Shown here one piece after another: positions 37,801-48,201 of a stretch of DNA of 64,000 nucleotides. The first letter of the stretch is position 1. Every line of letters begins with the position of its first letter. The notes beneath the pieces are model-generated. The model had not been told where the DNA came from and ran no database searches. It saw nothing but the letters and a program-made list of their open reading frames with translations. The stretch comes from Octopus sinensis (taxonomy: Eukaryota). Both the position numbers and the translations under genes were made by a program. The stretch covers positions 26,288,001 through 26,352,000 of the forward strand of contig NC_042997.1 in NCBI RefSeq assembly GCF_006345805.1, read 5' to 3'.

Positions 37801-39391
37801 TCAGAGCACCCCACTCCACTTCTAGCTTGGTCACCTAGATAACAGAAGCAATTCAGTACCTGTAGTTTGCCCACCTAGCAGTTGATGCAGTCTGTTTACT
37901 GCACATTTTCAGTGGTTATTGTACCTGTGCATCTTCCACATACAAAAGCTAGTTTCCCTGTTAACCTTCCATTGATATTGCTGCACATTTTGTGTGTCCA
38001 AAGCTTACACCAGGTGCATCTTATGGAGTTTCTACTTATTCCTTTTCTACAGATTGTGCAGGCTCATCTGTCAGAAGGGATTTGTGATCTGGCTCCCTTC
38101 TTACTAAGACTTTGGTCTTTACTAGGTTATCTCTAAGGCCCTTTGATTCTAGGCCTTGTTCCTATACCTGGAACGTCTCTAGTTCTGGTAGTGATTCAGC
38201 AATAAGAGCAAGGTCATCAGTATAGAGGAACTCCCAGGGGCAGTCTGTTTTAAATTCCTCTGTTATTACCTGGAGGACTATGATGAACAAAGGAGAGGGG
38301 GTGGTGCTGAGCACCGATCCTTGGTGAACCCCTACTTGTACCCTGAATTCTTCACTATTCATTGCCAGCCCTCACCTTACTGGTAGCATCCCTGTACTTG
38401 GCTTGTACAGCCCTCACCAACCATTTGTCTATCCCTAGTTTGTGCATTGACCACCAGATAAGGGTTCAGGGGACCCTGTCATAGGCTTTCTCCATGTCAA
38501 CAAAAGCGAAGTACAGAGGTTTATCTTTGGCTAGGTATTTCCCCTACAGCTGTCTTACCAGAAATATAGTATCAGTTGTGATTCTTCCTGGCACAAAACC
38601 AAACTGCTTCTCTTCTAGGCTAACTCTCTCTCTTTCTCCAGGACTTTCATCACCTAATCAAAACAATTTGATGTTTGTGATTTGCATTTTTTCTGTTTTA
38701 TCTTTGACAGGTCCGGAAATTACTGATAAACATTGCCCATGCCAAAAAAGAAGTTAGAGCTTCTGAACAGGCTGAGAAGTCATCACAGTTTAATTTTCCA
38801 ACCATTTGGTTAAAAATGGCATCTTTTTTCAACCCTAACAACTTTTCTGGTGATAGTGATTCCATTGAACTACAGAGGAAGACCAGGCAACATTTGGAGA
38901 TGGTAGAAAACCAGTTACAATATATATTTGATGTAAGTATGCTTCAGACTACACACACACACATCATCATTTAACATCTTTCTATGCTAGCATCGGTCAA
39001 GCAGATTGTCACAGTCCAAGTTTTTTCTGTTTTGGAGATCTTATTGCTCTTTCCATTGACTGATGCTTCTGGTGTTTCACTTGTGTTACTTGGTTTGGTT
39101 TCTGTAGCTGGATATCCGTTTCTTTACTACCCACAAGGGGCTAAACATAGAGGGGACAAACAAGGACAGACAAACGGGTGAAGCCGATTACATCGACCCC
39201 AGTGCGTAACTGGTACTTAATTTATTGACCCTGAAAGGATGAAAGGCAAAGTGGACTTGGGCGGAATTTGAACTCAGAACGTAACGGCAGACGAAATACG
39301 GCTACGCATTTCGCCCGGCGTGCTAACGATTCTGCCAGCTCGCCAGCATATCCTTGACTGTAGCTGGATATCTTTGACTTACATACATGCT

Positions 39392-39427
<36 letters not shown>

Positions 39428-42400
39428 CAAAGGAACATCAAGAAACTGAAAACCAGTGATATTCTTCTTACTCTAACTATTATAATGGTAGTGAACCAGT
39501 GATTGGCATCTGCCTAGTTAACTGCGACCTTGTCCTTAGAGGCCATTGCAAACATTCAGATCACATCTCTGATCTAAGGTTTATTTGCTATTCCAATGTG
39601 CTCTTTCTTATTGCAACCAACCATAACTTACTCTGCCAAGGAATTGGGTTGTTGGTGTTGTTTTTATGAAAAAGCACCATCCGTTCGTGGCCGTTGTCAG
39701 CCTTGCCTGGCCCCCGTACATAAAAAGCACCATCCGATCGTAGCACATAAAAAGCTCCATCCGATCGTGGCCGTTTGCCAGACTCGTCTGGCACCTGTGC
39801 CGGTGGCATGTAAAAAGCACCCACTACACTCATGGAGTCGTTGGCGTTAGGAAGGGCATCCAGCCGTAGAAACATTGCCAGATCAAACTGGGCCTGGTGC
39901 AGCCTTCTGGCTTCCCAGACCCCGGTTGAACCGTCCAACTCATGCTAGCATGGAAAGCGGACGCTAAACGATGATGATGATGATGATGAATTGAGAAAGA
40001 AAAATCATTTGTTTTACTGTAATATTTACTGATGTGGTCAACCTTAAGTGTTTTCTATCCCATTTTTTTAATTTCAAAACAAAGATTGCACCTCCAGAAG
40101 TTTTATTCTATGATGACAACAAAGATAATAATTCAAATTTAACAAATGGTGATGTTCATAAACAATGCCAACATAATGAAACTTTACCTGATTTTGAAAC
40201 TACATATGAAGGTAAACGCCTAACTGATGTTGGAAGACACCAGGTAATTATTTTTCATTTCTTCTAGAAATTTTTGATTTTATATCCATGCTCTCTTTTG
40301 ATTTCATTTTTGTTAATGTTATGAGCCTGACTGAGTCTTCATCTGCCTCTACGATACCAAACTGTTTTAAAGTGTTTATATTGAAACAGAAACTCAATGA
40401 TTGTTTATTTTACAAATATTTTAATAAAAAAGTTTAATTGTTGAAGAGATCCTTATTTGCTATTTTATTTTTGAATGCACTTTTCACTTAAGATCATTGT
40501 CATCAATATTTAAAAACTTAAGGCCAGTTGGAATATACTTCAAAGATATTAGGACCTGTAAAGGCCTTTCCACTGTAGTTTGTCATGGAGAAAATAATTA
40601 TTGCTGAAGACAAAATTGGTGTCAAAACATCATTGTCAGCTCTTTATTGGACTGATGGATGCATATCAAACTCGTTAGCTCTCCCCAGTATCAGATACCA
40701 AGATAGGCAACTCTGAGCTTAGAAAAAACTTTGTTTCCTTTATCATAAATCAGTAAAATATAAGCTACTGACAGCCAACCTTGGTTGCCAGCGAAGAACA
40801 AAATATACAAATAGATGTACGAAGTAGTGACAGAAAGTATACAGACTTAAGACTAGTTCAAATATGTTTGAGAAATATTTGCTTTCAGAACCTTCTCTTG
40901 ACATCTAGGTTGGTAAACTGCAGCATTTGTAGAATAAAAATTTTCACTGAATAACAGTGAAACAGTTGTAATGGTTTAGGTCATGTACTGGTTGTCAGTG
41001 TAAGGTCATGTACTGGTTGTACTGTAAGGTCATAAGTCAGGACCACAGCATCTAATACGAAAACTATGTACTGTAAATGAATTCTGAAATACATATAAAC
41101 TGAGAGAATAGGAGCGATGTAGTGAAGTGTAATGGAAAGTGAGACTGTATTTAAATATCTGTCTGCAGTAAAAGTTGGCTGGTTGATTGAGAAGAAATAT
41201 TGAGGTAGGGTCTCATGTATGCAGAGCTTTGTATATAAGACAAAGTAGGTCAAAGGTGAGCCTCAGGATCATTTGATGCAGACTGTCCAACTTATGCCAG
41301 TATGGATGATGAAAAATAAGAGGTTGAACATGATATAGCTGTTACCACCTAATCAATTGTAGAGGTCTTTTTTATTGTACCGCCCAATCAATTTGAAGAG
41401 GTCTTTTTCGTTTGGCAATCAGGTTAGTCCTGATTGAACAGACCTAAAAATGTTTGTGTTTCTAGAAGTATATTGGACTATATTTTCATCTATATTCTTT
41501 CCTATTTTACGATAGTAGGGTGTAATTCAGTGGTTCCCAACATGGGGTCTGCGGACCCCTGGCGGTCTGCAAAGGTACTGGGGGTATGTCAGTGAACTAA
41601 ATTCAAAATTTCTTATATACATAAGGATAAACATATCAAAAGGGGTCTGCGAGAAAACTTATTTAAATAAAAGGGTTGGGAACAACTGGTGTAGTTTGAC
41701 TTCTATTTGTAGAATAGTGTAGTTGGCTTCTATTTCTAGCAGGACGAACGGCTATGTAGTGGCAACTTGGTATCCTTAAATGAAATAGAAACCAATTTCA
41801 ATGTCCGTGAGTTATCTCCCTTAGACTTACAATTTATTCATACGAGTGGTTGAGAAAATATTCTGTTTCTCTCTTCCTAGCTGTCACCTTGATAAATCAG
41901 TCATTTCTTATTCAACTTATTCCTGAAACAATTGTTAAATTAGCAAGAGAACCGAAGGATACCCATTCAGAATTTGGAGTTGAAAGTTTTACGAAATGAA
42001 GATTGTAATAGCTGCCTTCTCAATAGAAATGATTGTCATTTTATATTGACAGAAAGGATTTGTAGTAGGAGATGTTTCTCCCAAGTGAGAAAACCTTCAA
42101 ATGACAGCATTCCAGCTATGACCATCCTGTCTTTCTATATGAAGAACTATATTGTATAATGTATCCGTTCGTGGCCGTTTGCCAGCTCTGTCTGGCACCT
42201 GTGCAGGTGGCACGTAAAAAGCACCCACTACACTCACGGAGTGGTTGGCGTTAGGAACGGCATCCAGCCGTGGAAACACTGCCAGATCTGACTGGGCCTG
42301 ATGAAGCCTTCTGGCTTCACAGACCCCAGTTGAACCGTCCAACCCATGCTAGCATGGAAAACGGACGCTAAATGATGATGATGATGATGTATCCATGGTT

Positions 42401-44108
42401 GTTACCAGCGTCGCCTCACTGACACTTGTGCCAGTGGCACGTGAACAAAACATTCAAGCAAGGTCGTTGCTAGTGCCGCTGGACTGACTCCTGTGCAGGT
42501 GGCACGTGAAAAGACACCACTTGAGCGTGGCCGTTGCCAGTATCGCCAGACTGGCCCTTGTGCCGATAGCACATAAAAGCACCCACAACACTGTGGTTTG
42601 CGATAGGAAGGGCATCCAGCTGTAGAAACTCTGCCAGATCAGACTGGAGCCTGGTGCTGCCATCTGGTTCGCCAGTCCTCAGTCAAATCATCCTACCCAT
42701 ACTAGCATGGAAAGCGGACGTTAAATGATGATGATACTTGTTATTTAAAGGTTTAAGGGTGTCATTTGCTGGAGATTTGATTATTATTGCTAGTATGTTG
42801 ATGAGTGTGCACAAAGCACATGAGTGTGTTGGAGTTGTATATCTGCATCTGTTGTTTTTTCACATAATATCGTTGTATATATTGTGTTGTGCTATGAGTG
42901 TAACAGATTATATCAATCTTGTTACTTCACTTCCCTTCTTAGAACATCAAAACTCTATTTAGCTCCAATTGAGGCAGAAAGAAATTAAGCTTGAACTGAA
43001 AATTCAGTCTTATTGAATTTTCATTGTCACTAAAAGTTTCTGCTTTGTGGACGATGAATCAACGTCATCATCATCGTCATTTAGCGTCTGCTTTCCATGC
43101 TAGCATGGGTTGGATGGTTCAACTGGGGTCTGTGAAGCCAGAAGGCTGCATCAGGCCCAGTCTGATCTGGCAGTGTTTCTATGGCTGGATGCCCTTCCTA
43201 ACGCCAACCACTCCGTGAGTGTAGTGGGTGCTTTTTACGTGCCACCCACACGTAATGATGAATGATTTAAAAAAAATTTTTCTTTTCAATTTCTCTGTTT
43301 TTTACATGGCAGAGACGTGTTGCATGCTTATATGTTGATAATACTGTAAAGAACTTCAGTATATGTATTTTTGTACTTACAAATAAAGCAATGAACTAAA
43401 TTGTGTTTGCATATCTGTTCAATTATTAGCTGATGAACCGGCTGCGTACAGCCAACGTGAGTTACCAAGGTGATCCAGACCTGCAACCAGTGAGAAGTTT
43501 TGAGAACGGATTCTTGGTACAGAATCTTTACAACATTTGCTGTCAGATCAACAACCAGGTAATGTTGATCAGTTTGATTTGTGCAGAGAATATTGCTAAC
43601 TTATTGCAAACCTGATTTATTTACTACCCACAAGGGGCTAAACACAGAGGGGACAAACAAGGACAGACAAACGGATTAAGTCGATTATATCGACCCCAGA
43701 GCTTAACTGGTCCTTAATTTATCAACCCCAAAAGGATGAAAGGTAAAGTCGACCTCGGCGGAATTTGAACTCAGAACGTAGCGGCAGACCAAAAACGGCA
43801 ACGCATTTCGCCCGGCGTGCTAACGTTTCTGCCAGCTCGCCGCCTTTTCTTATTGCAAACCTATTCACTCCTTTCCAGCAGAGTGAATGGGATGAAAAAA
43901 ATTGCTCGTGACACTGTCGTATCCACTCAATGTGGAGTTGAGATGATTGATCTACTGATTGTGTAATTTTGTGTCGAATCCTTACTTCAGCTATATTGTT
44001 TATCTTTCATTTTTGTTTTGACCTCACGAATGTCATGAATCCTACTAGCTTCATTGTACTGTAAAGTCATAAGTCAGGACCACAGCATCTAATACCAACA
44101 CTGTACAA

Positions 44109-44163
<55 letters not shown>

Positions 44164-45343
44164 GACACACATGCAAAAATCATTCGATTTGTGTTAACTA
44201 ACCTAGAAATATTGATATTTAAACATGTTATTATTAAAAACAAATATCAGGCATTGATCTGATGATGTTCAGAATGGATATCAACCACATTGATTTCACT
44301 GACAACTAATATCCACACACATTGTAGATGACTTGCGTTTGCTGCTATCATTAGAATGGATGACTGATTGCAGCTGTGAAATCCATATGGCATCATTATT
44401 ATCATCATCGTTTAACGTCCGTTTTCCATGCTGGATAGGTTGAATGGTTTGACTGAGGTCTGGAAAGGCAGCGACCACACCAGGATCCAACCTGATCTGG
44501 CAATGTTTCTACAGCAGGCTATAGAAGACACTTGCCCAAGGTGCCACGCAGTGGGACTGAACTCGGCATCATGTGGTTGGTAAGCAAGCTACTTACCATA
44601 CAGCCACTCCTGTGCCTATCTATGTCTATGTCTGAACATGATACATGCCAGGCCCTCTTGACTGGCTCCTGTGCCGGTGGCATGTAAAAAGCACTCACTA
44701 TACTTTCGGAGTGGTTGGCGTTAGGAAGGGCTCCCAGCTGTAGAAACATTGCCAGATCAGGTTGGATCCTGGTGTGGTCGCTGCCTTTCCAGACCTCAGT
44801 CAAACCATTCAACCTATCCAGCATGGAAAACGGACGTTAAACGATGATGATAATGATGATGATGCCATATGGATTTCACAGCTGCAATCAGTCATCCAAA
44901 ATGTTTGCAAAAAAACAAAAATTCTTTCTCTTCTCTTCTTGCACTATAATTACGTTTGGTTTTTATTTCAGTGTTCTACAACCATCCACAATTTGTATTA
45001 CCGTGAAGATTTCCTCGGTCGAGTTATGCGAGCCTATATCCAACCACCGTTGTGCCTCCGGGATTTCTACTCACCAAACCAGTTACGCATCACATCAATG
45101 TCGAGCAAACCACACATAAGTCTTCGTCTCTTTGCCAGCTACTACATCCTCTTTCGACTGTTGCTGCTGTACTTGATACTCTATCTCTGCTACGACATCA
45201 GTTTCATTACTTACTTCATCATTTTGTTCTTAATCATCTTTTTCTATGGTATTGTCCATGGCATCTTCATAAAGCAGCCTGCAAAACCACCTCCAAGAAA
45301 CCGCTCAGGCAGTTTTGAGGATTTGATGTGTAATTTCGAATAG
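9832..45343 (+). CDS. SMPD4: Sphingomyelin phosphodiesterase 4 (neutral sphingomyelinase 3-like), 17 coding exons, 819 aa
   Basis: Spliced translation matches motifs I recall from human SMPD4: [96 protein letters not shown] and a C-terminal TM segment; exon phases sum to 2460 nt. Confidence 0.95.
10575..10831. mobile_element. MITE-like element with GC-rich terminal inverted repeats
   Basis: tggtcccggtgcgcgcactcgcg ... cgcgagtgcgcgcactgggacca; related partial copy at ~8565-8714. Confidence 0.75.
11180..11498. mobile_element. Foldback/MITE-like element with long inverted arms
   Basis: ggcattttaaaattttaat / attaaaattttaaaatgcc, ttcaattttcactttt / aaaagtgaaaattgaa and attttcgagt / actcgaaaat are nested inverted pairs. 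Confidence 0.65.
11961..12425 (-). mobile_element. RTE LINE 3'-UTR fragment, (GAT)n-tailed family
   Basis: Matches the 3' end of the RT-bearing copy at 48845..50078; about 20 copies in the window in both orientations. Confidence 0.85.
12945..13850 (+). repeat. Left arm of local ~0.9-kb inverted duplication (end of intron 1 plus first 29 nt of exon 2)
   Basis: Reverse complement of 16872..17816, including non-repeat sequence. Confidence 0.92.
13822..13905 (+). CDS. SMPD4: SMPD4 exon 2 ([28 protein letters not shown])
   Basis: tttttgcag| ... AAG|gtaagt; 84 nt, phase 0-0; aligns to human [23 protein letters not shown]. Confidence 0.88.
14672..15009 (+). mobile_element. tRNA-derived SINE with CORE-like middle
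   Basis: tggctcagtggttag...gagctcgaatccc head; ttgagcaaggcacttta...cactcagctgta; related copy at ~51625-51845(-). Confidence 0.75.
15096..15311 (+). CDS. SMPD4: SMPD4 exon 3
   Basis: tatgcag|[15 protein letters not shown]...YDFPLHCLP|gtaagt; 216 nt. Confidence 0.95.
15773..16080 (+). mobile_element. SINE of the ggcgagctggcagaa...gagttcaaattcc family
   Basis: Other copies at ~39115-39345(-), 43617-43845(-), 53515-53698(-), 54287-54512(+), 59020-59230(-), 62747-62976(-), 63266-63480(+); several have 14-18-bp TSDs. Confidence 0.8.
16136..16232 (+). CDS. SMPD4: SMPD4 exon 4
   Basis: ttctag|[33 protein letters not shown]|ATATCCTTT (U12 donor); 97 nt. Confidence 0.9.
16404..16871 (-). mobile_element. 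RTE LINE 3'-UTR fragment with internal ~55-bp tandem units
   Basis: catcatcatcgtttaacgtcc start; repeated ttttacgtgccacc units; fused at 16871/16872 to the inverted duplication. Confidence 0.85.
16872..17816 (-). repeat. Right arm of inverted duplication, inside the U12 intron
   Basis: 16872..16989 is the exact reverse complement of 13733..13850; the remainder is ~96% identical in a 190-nt stretch counted by hand, with two small indels. Confidence 0.92.
18290..18865 (-). mobile_element. CR1-type LINE 3' fragment, same family as 1186..2630
   Basis: [38 protein letters not shown]. Confidence 0.85.
18884..19138. mobile_element. Tc1-type MITE
   Basis: TIRs caggtttggccaaaagtca...gtaaatcaaaa / ttttgatttac...tgacttttggccaaccctg, followed by TA. 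Confidence 0.8.
19272..19491 (+). CDS. SMPD4: SMPD4 exon 5
   Basis: AC|[13 protein letters not shown]...[14 protein letters not shown]...QNT-GG|gtgagt; 220 nt. Confidence 0.92.
19522..19911 (-). mobile_element. Non-autonomous Helitron-like element
   Basis: Minus strand: 5' TC(tatatata)... 3' hairpin cccgagcaatgccagg followed by CTAG; longer copy at 57274..58159(+). Confidence 0.7.
20298..20848 (-). mobile_element. RTE LINE 3'-UTR fragment
   Basis: Same (GAT)n-tailed family with tandem units. Confidence 0.8.
20951..21113 (+). CDS. SMPD4: SMPD4 exon 6
   Basis: tttccag|T-SPIQSS...[10 protein letters not shown]|gtaaaa; 163 nt. Confidence 0.93.
21546..22686 (-). mobile_element. RTE LINE 3' fragment with RT C-terminus
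   Basis: Minus strand encodes degenerate [30 protein letters not shown] motifs, followed by the 3' UTR. Confidence 0.85.
23282..23353 (+). CDS. SMPD4: SMPD4 exon 7
   Basis: catttag|[24 protein letters not shown]|gtgagt; 72 nt. Confidence 0.92.
25030..25175 (+). CDS. SMPD4: SMPD4 exon 8
   Basis: ctgcag|[26 protein letters not shown]...DQFK-AA|gtgagc; 146 nt. Confidence 0.94.
25215..25727. mobile_element. pogo/Tigger-type non-autonomous DNA element
   Basis: TA|ccgtaaatcctcgagtata ... tatacttgaggatttttgg|TA. Confidence 0.75.
25896..25986 (+). CDS. SMPD4: SMPD4 exon 9
   Basis: tactag|[31 protein letters not shown]|gtaagg; 91 nt. Confidence 0.95.
26797..26909 (+). CDS. SMPD4: SMPD4 exon 10
   Basis: ctacag|[14 protein letters not shown]...IQDR-TG|gtaagt; 113 nt. 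Confidence 0.95.
27281..27657 (+). mobile_element. tRNA(Arg)-like SINE
   Basis: Near-identical to the reverse complement of 9251..9635. Confidence 0.88.
28589..28712 (+). CDS. SMPD4: SMPD4 exon 11
   Basis: tttcag|[12 protein letters not shown]...[17 protein letters not shown]|gtgagc; 124 nt. Confidence 0.95.
28754..28974. mobile_element. piggyBac-type MITE
   Basis: TTAA|cccttt...aaaggg|ctaa; same family as 35582..35800. Confidence 0.7.
30533..30572 (+). CDS. SMPD4: SMPD4 exon 12
   Basis: ttctag|[14 protein letters not shown]|gtttgt; 40 nt; human VFAQPNLAEMIQKG. Confidence 0.92.
32373..33606 (+). mobile_element. CR1-type LINE fragment with internal RT deletion, inserted into a SINE
   Basis: [43 protein letters not shown], then a jump to [26 protein letters not shown]; poly(A) tail; SINE head at ~32230-32372, SINE tail at ~34960-35180. 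Confidence 0.88.
33720..34340 (+). mobile_element. Penelope-like terminal-repeat remnant carrying a degenerate hammerhead motif
   Basis: gttt-CCGACGA-A-gagc-tcc-gctc-GAAACGTC-atac at 34215..34249. Confidence 0.5.
34340..34930. repeat. ~600-bp compound (TA)n/(TG) micro/minisatellite
   Basis: Directly visible; source of the spurious Y/I/C/V ORFs. Confidence 0.95.
35234..35409 (+). CDS. SMPD4: SMPD4 exon 13
   Basis: tttcag|CT-EEEMYQP...[20 protein letters not shown]|gtaatc; 176 nt. Confidence 0.9.
35582..35800. mobile_element. piggyBac-type MITE with TTAA TSDs
   Basis: TTAA|ccctttagt...actaaaggg|TTAA. Confidence 0.8.
36847..38615 (-). mobile_element. Degenerate RTE LINE (RT core to 3' end)
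   Basis: [56 protein letters not shown]. Confidence 0.88.
38711..38932 (+). CDS. SMPD4: SMPD4 exon 14
   Basis: tgacag|[14 protein letters not shown]...[19 protein letters not shown]|gtaagt; 222 nt. Confidence 0.92.
40085..40243 (+). CDS. SMPD4: SMPD4 exon 15
   Basis: Weak acceptor caaaacaaag|IAPPEV...[20 protein letters not shown]|gtaatt; 159 nt; the only nearby in-frame AG. Confidence 0.85.
41528..41688. mobile_element. hAT-type MITE with 8-bp TSD
   Basis: gtgtaatt|cagtggttcccaac...gttgggaacaactg|gtgtagtt. Confidence 0.82.
43430..43558 (+). CDS. SMPD4: SMPD4 exon 16
   Basis: tattag|[25 protein letters not shown]...QINNQ|gtaatg; 129 nt. Confidence 0.95.
44357..44898. repeat. Local inverted duplication (arms 44357..44515 and 44737..44898)
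   Basis: Arms are near-perfect reverse complements, including ~35 nt of non-repeat flank beyond the (GAT)n tail. Confidence 0.9.
44972..45343 (+). CDS. SMPD4: SMPD4 exon 17 (terminal coding exon, TM anchor)
   Basis: tttcag|[17 protein letters not shown]...[13 protein letters not shown]...MCNFE*; 372 nt including stop. Confidence 0.94.
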   Translation, partial: CSTTIHNLYYREDFLGRVMRAYIQPPLCLRDFYSPNQLRITSMSSKPHISLRLFASYYILFRLLLLYLILYLCYDISFITYFIILFLIIFFYGIVHGIFIKQPAKPPPRNRSGSFEDLMCNFE

Positions 45344-46226
45344 GGAAAATTAACATTTAAAGCGAGAAAGTCATTGACATTTTTATACACCTGCAATGTA
45401 TATATATCCCCAACAGTGATATCGACCACAAGGCGAAACTAGTATTATAATAATAATAATAATAATAATTGTAATATTTATCATTATCATTATCACCATC
45501 TTTAGTTTAATGTCCACTTTTCTATGGTTGCATGCATTGGACAGCATATTGAAGCAGATTTTCAATGGCTGAATGCTGTTTCTGTCACTAAGATTCGCCT
45601 GTAACCAAGCAAAGTAAATACTTCACCATGGATAGACATGTCTGTGTAAATGAATGACACTGCATATATAGCAGTGGCATTCATTTTTCAACTAGCATGT
45701 AATCTTAAGACAAGGAAACACACACACGGACATGTATATTTGTATGCATACAATAGGCTCTAAATTTCTACCAAATCCACATCAAGGCTTTGGTTGACTT
45801 GGAGCTGCCAGAAATAGTGTGGTTGGGATGCAAACTTCTTAATTACACAATTAAGCCTATACCTGTACAGCCTTACCTATTCCTCAGTGTGTGTGTTATT
45901 TTACTATTTTTAGCCAGTGGTCTCTGATCATGCTGGAGCGATATGTACATACACATAACTGCTTTTAATCATATTTAAATTACTTCATTCCACACCATTC
46001 TACGTCTCTGTAAAAATATAAAAATCAAAAATTTCATTTGTATTGTCTTAAATGTATGTTTTCATGAACATTAATATTTTTTAAAGAAAATATTGTTGTG
46101 TTATATTCTTCTATATTCTCTTCATGTGTATTTGCATTTGTATACATTGACAATGTTGCAGGCAGACTGAATTGGTAAGAAATTCATATTTAAATCATGA
46201 AGTCTTGGGTTCAAATCCACAACATT

Positions 46227-47420
46227 TTACTTTATGTAAGAATATTCTTTTCTACTCTAGGCACAAGGCCCGAAATTTTGGGGGAGGGGGCCAGTCAATT
46301 AGATCAACCCCATTATGCAACTGGTACTTACTTTATGTAAGAATATTCTTTTCTAGTCTAGGCACAAGGCCCGAAATTTTGGGGGAGGGGGCCAGTCAAT
46401 TAGATCAACCCCATTATGCAACTGGTACTTACTTTATGTAAGAATATTCTTTTCTACTCTAGGCACAAGGCCCGAAATTTTGGGGGAGGGGGCCAATCAA
46501 TTAGATCAACCCCATTATGCAACTGGTACTTAATTTATTGACCTTGAAAGGATGAAATGCAAAGTCGACCTCAGCGGAATTTGAACTCAGAACGTAAAGA
46601 CAGACGAAATACGGCTAAGCATTTCGCCTGGTGTGCTGACGTTTCTTATTTCTTTACTGCCCACAAGGGGCTACACACAGATGGGACAAATGGATTAAGT
46701 CGATTACATTGACCTCAGTGCATAACTTGTACTTATTTAATCAACCCCGAAAGGATTAAAGGCAAAGTCGACCTCGGCAGAATTCAAACTCAGAACATAA
46801 AGACAGATGAAATACCTATTTCTTTATTACCCACAAGGGGCTAAACATAGAGGGGACAAACAAAGACAAACAGGTATTAAGTTGATTACATCAACCCCAG
46901 TGCGTAACTGGTACTTATTCAACCCCAAAAGGATGAAAGGCAAAGTCGACCTTGACAGAATTTGAACTCAGAACGAAAAGACAGATGAAATACCTATTTC
47001 TTTATTACCCACAAGGGGCTAAACATAGAGGGGACAAACAAAGACAAACATAGGTATTAAGTTGATTACATCAACCCCAGTGCATAACTGGTACTTATTC
47101 GACCCCGAAAGGATGAAAGGCAAAATCGACCTTGGCGGAATTTGAACTCAGAATGAAAAGACAGATGAAATACCTATTTCTTTATTACCCACAAGGGGCT
47201 AAACATAGAGGGGACAAACAAAGACAAACATAGGTATTAAGTGATTACATCAACCCCAGTGCGTAACTGGTACTTATTCGACCCCGAAAGGATGAAAGGC
47301 AAAATCGACCTTGGCAGAATTTGAACGCAGAACGTAAAGACAGACGAAATACCGGTAAGCATTTTGCCTGGTGTGCTAACGTTTCTGCTAGCTTGCCACC
47401 TTACTTTATGTAAGAATATT
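46227..47420 (-). repeat. SINE-derived tandem array (3 x 101-bp units plus ~4 x ~180-bp units) inside a 20-bp TSD
   Basis: Unit starts at 46229, 46330, 46431; then ~46647, 46816, 46994, 47174; ttactttatgtaagaatatt at both ends. Confidence 0.88.
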
Positions 47421-47477
47421 GTCACAGTATTGGGTTGGGTGAGTTAATGTGGAAATCTGTTGAATGGATTCTAACTA

Positions 47478-47538
47478 TGAGGGTGAGTCAGAAAATTAAT
47501 GCAATTTCTATTTGCATTGCTTTTTGACTCACCCTCAT
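47478..47538. mobile_element. Tiny mariner-type MITE / palindrome
   Basis: atgagggtgagtca ... tgactcaccctcat. Confidence 0.6.
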
Positions 47539-47605
47539 ATACACAGGGTTGAGTCAAAAACGAGGGCAAAATTAAAACTTGCATTACCTTCTGATTGATC
47601 CTCAT

Positions 47606-47986
47606 GGAAGCACTCCGTCGGTTATGACGACGAGGGTTCCGGTTGATCCGAATCAACGGAACAGCCTGCTCGTGAAATTAACGTGTAAGTGGCTGAGCAC
47701 TCCACAGACACGTGTACCCTAAACGTAGTTCTCGGGGATATTCAGCGTGACACAGAGAGTGACAAGGCCGGCCCCTTGAAATACAGGTACAACAGAAACA
47801 GGAAGTAAAAGTGAGAGAAAGTTGTGGTGAAAGAGTACAGCAGGGATCACCACCATCCCCCGCTGGAGCCTCGCGGAGCTCTAGGTGTTTTCGCTCAATA
47901 AACACTCACAACGCCCGGTCTGGGTATCGAAACCGCGATCCTATGACCGCGAGTCCGCTGCCCTAACCACTGGGCCATTGCGCCTC
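47606..47986 (-). mobile_element. tRNA(Arg)-like SINE with 15-bp TSD
   Basis: TSD ctgattgatcctcat at 47591-47605 and 47987-48001. Confidence 0.9.
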
Positions 47987-48201
47987 CTGATTGATCCTCA
48001 TATGATTCAAAGAACTAGTCTTGTCACAGAATGTGTTACACAGAATCTACCTGATGATTACATTATGCATATGTCTGTGGAATACTCAACCATTTTCATA
48101 AAAAGTTGTAATTAGCTGCATTTTTTGGACAACTGGAATCATCTAGTTATCTTTTACTTTATACATTGACTGGATATTCAGGGACTGGTCAAGTTGAAGT
48201 A

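Noticed and set aside
40060-40100. Non-canonical or U12 acceptor for exon 15
   Set aside because: The upstream donor is a standard GTAAGT; the AAG acceptor is weak but canonical and in frame
41015-41070. ~50-bp direct match to ~44053-44105 flanking exon 16
   Set aside because: Short, same orientation, probably a dispersed repeat fragment; no functional inference possible
44762-44971. N-terminal part of the 193-aa ORF 44762..45343 as coding sequence
   Set aside because: Derived from repeat/intron sequence; SMPD4 homology starts at the acceptor at 44971/44972
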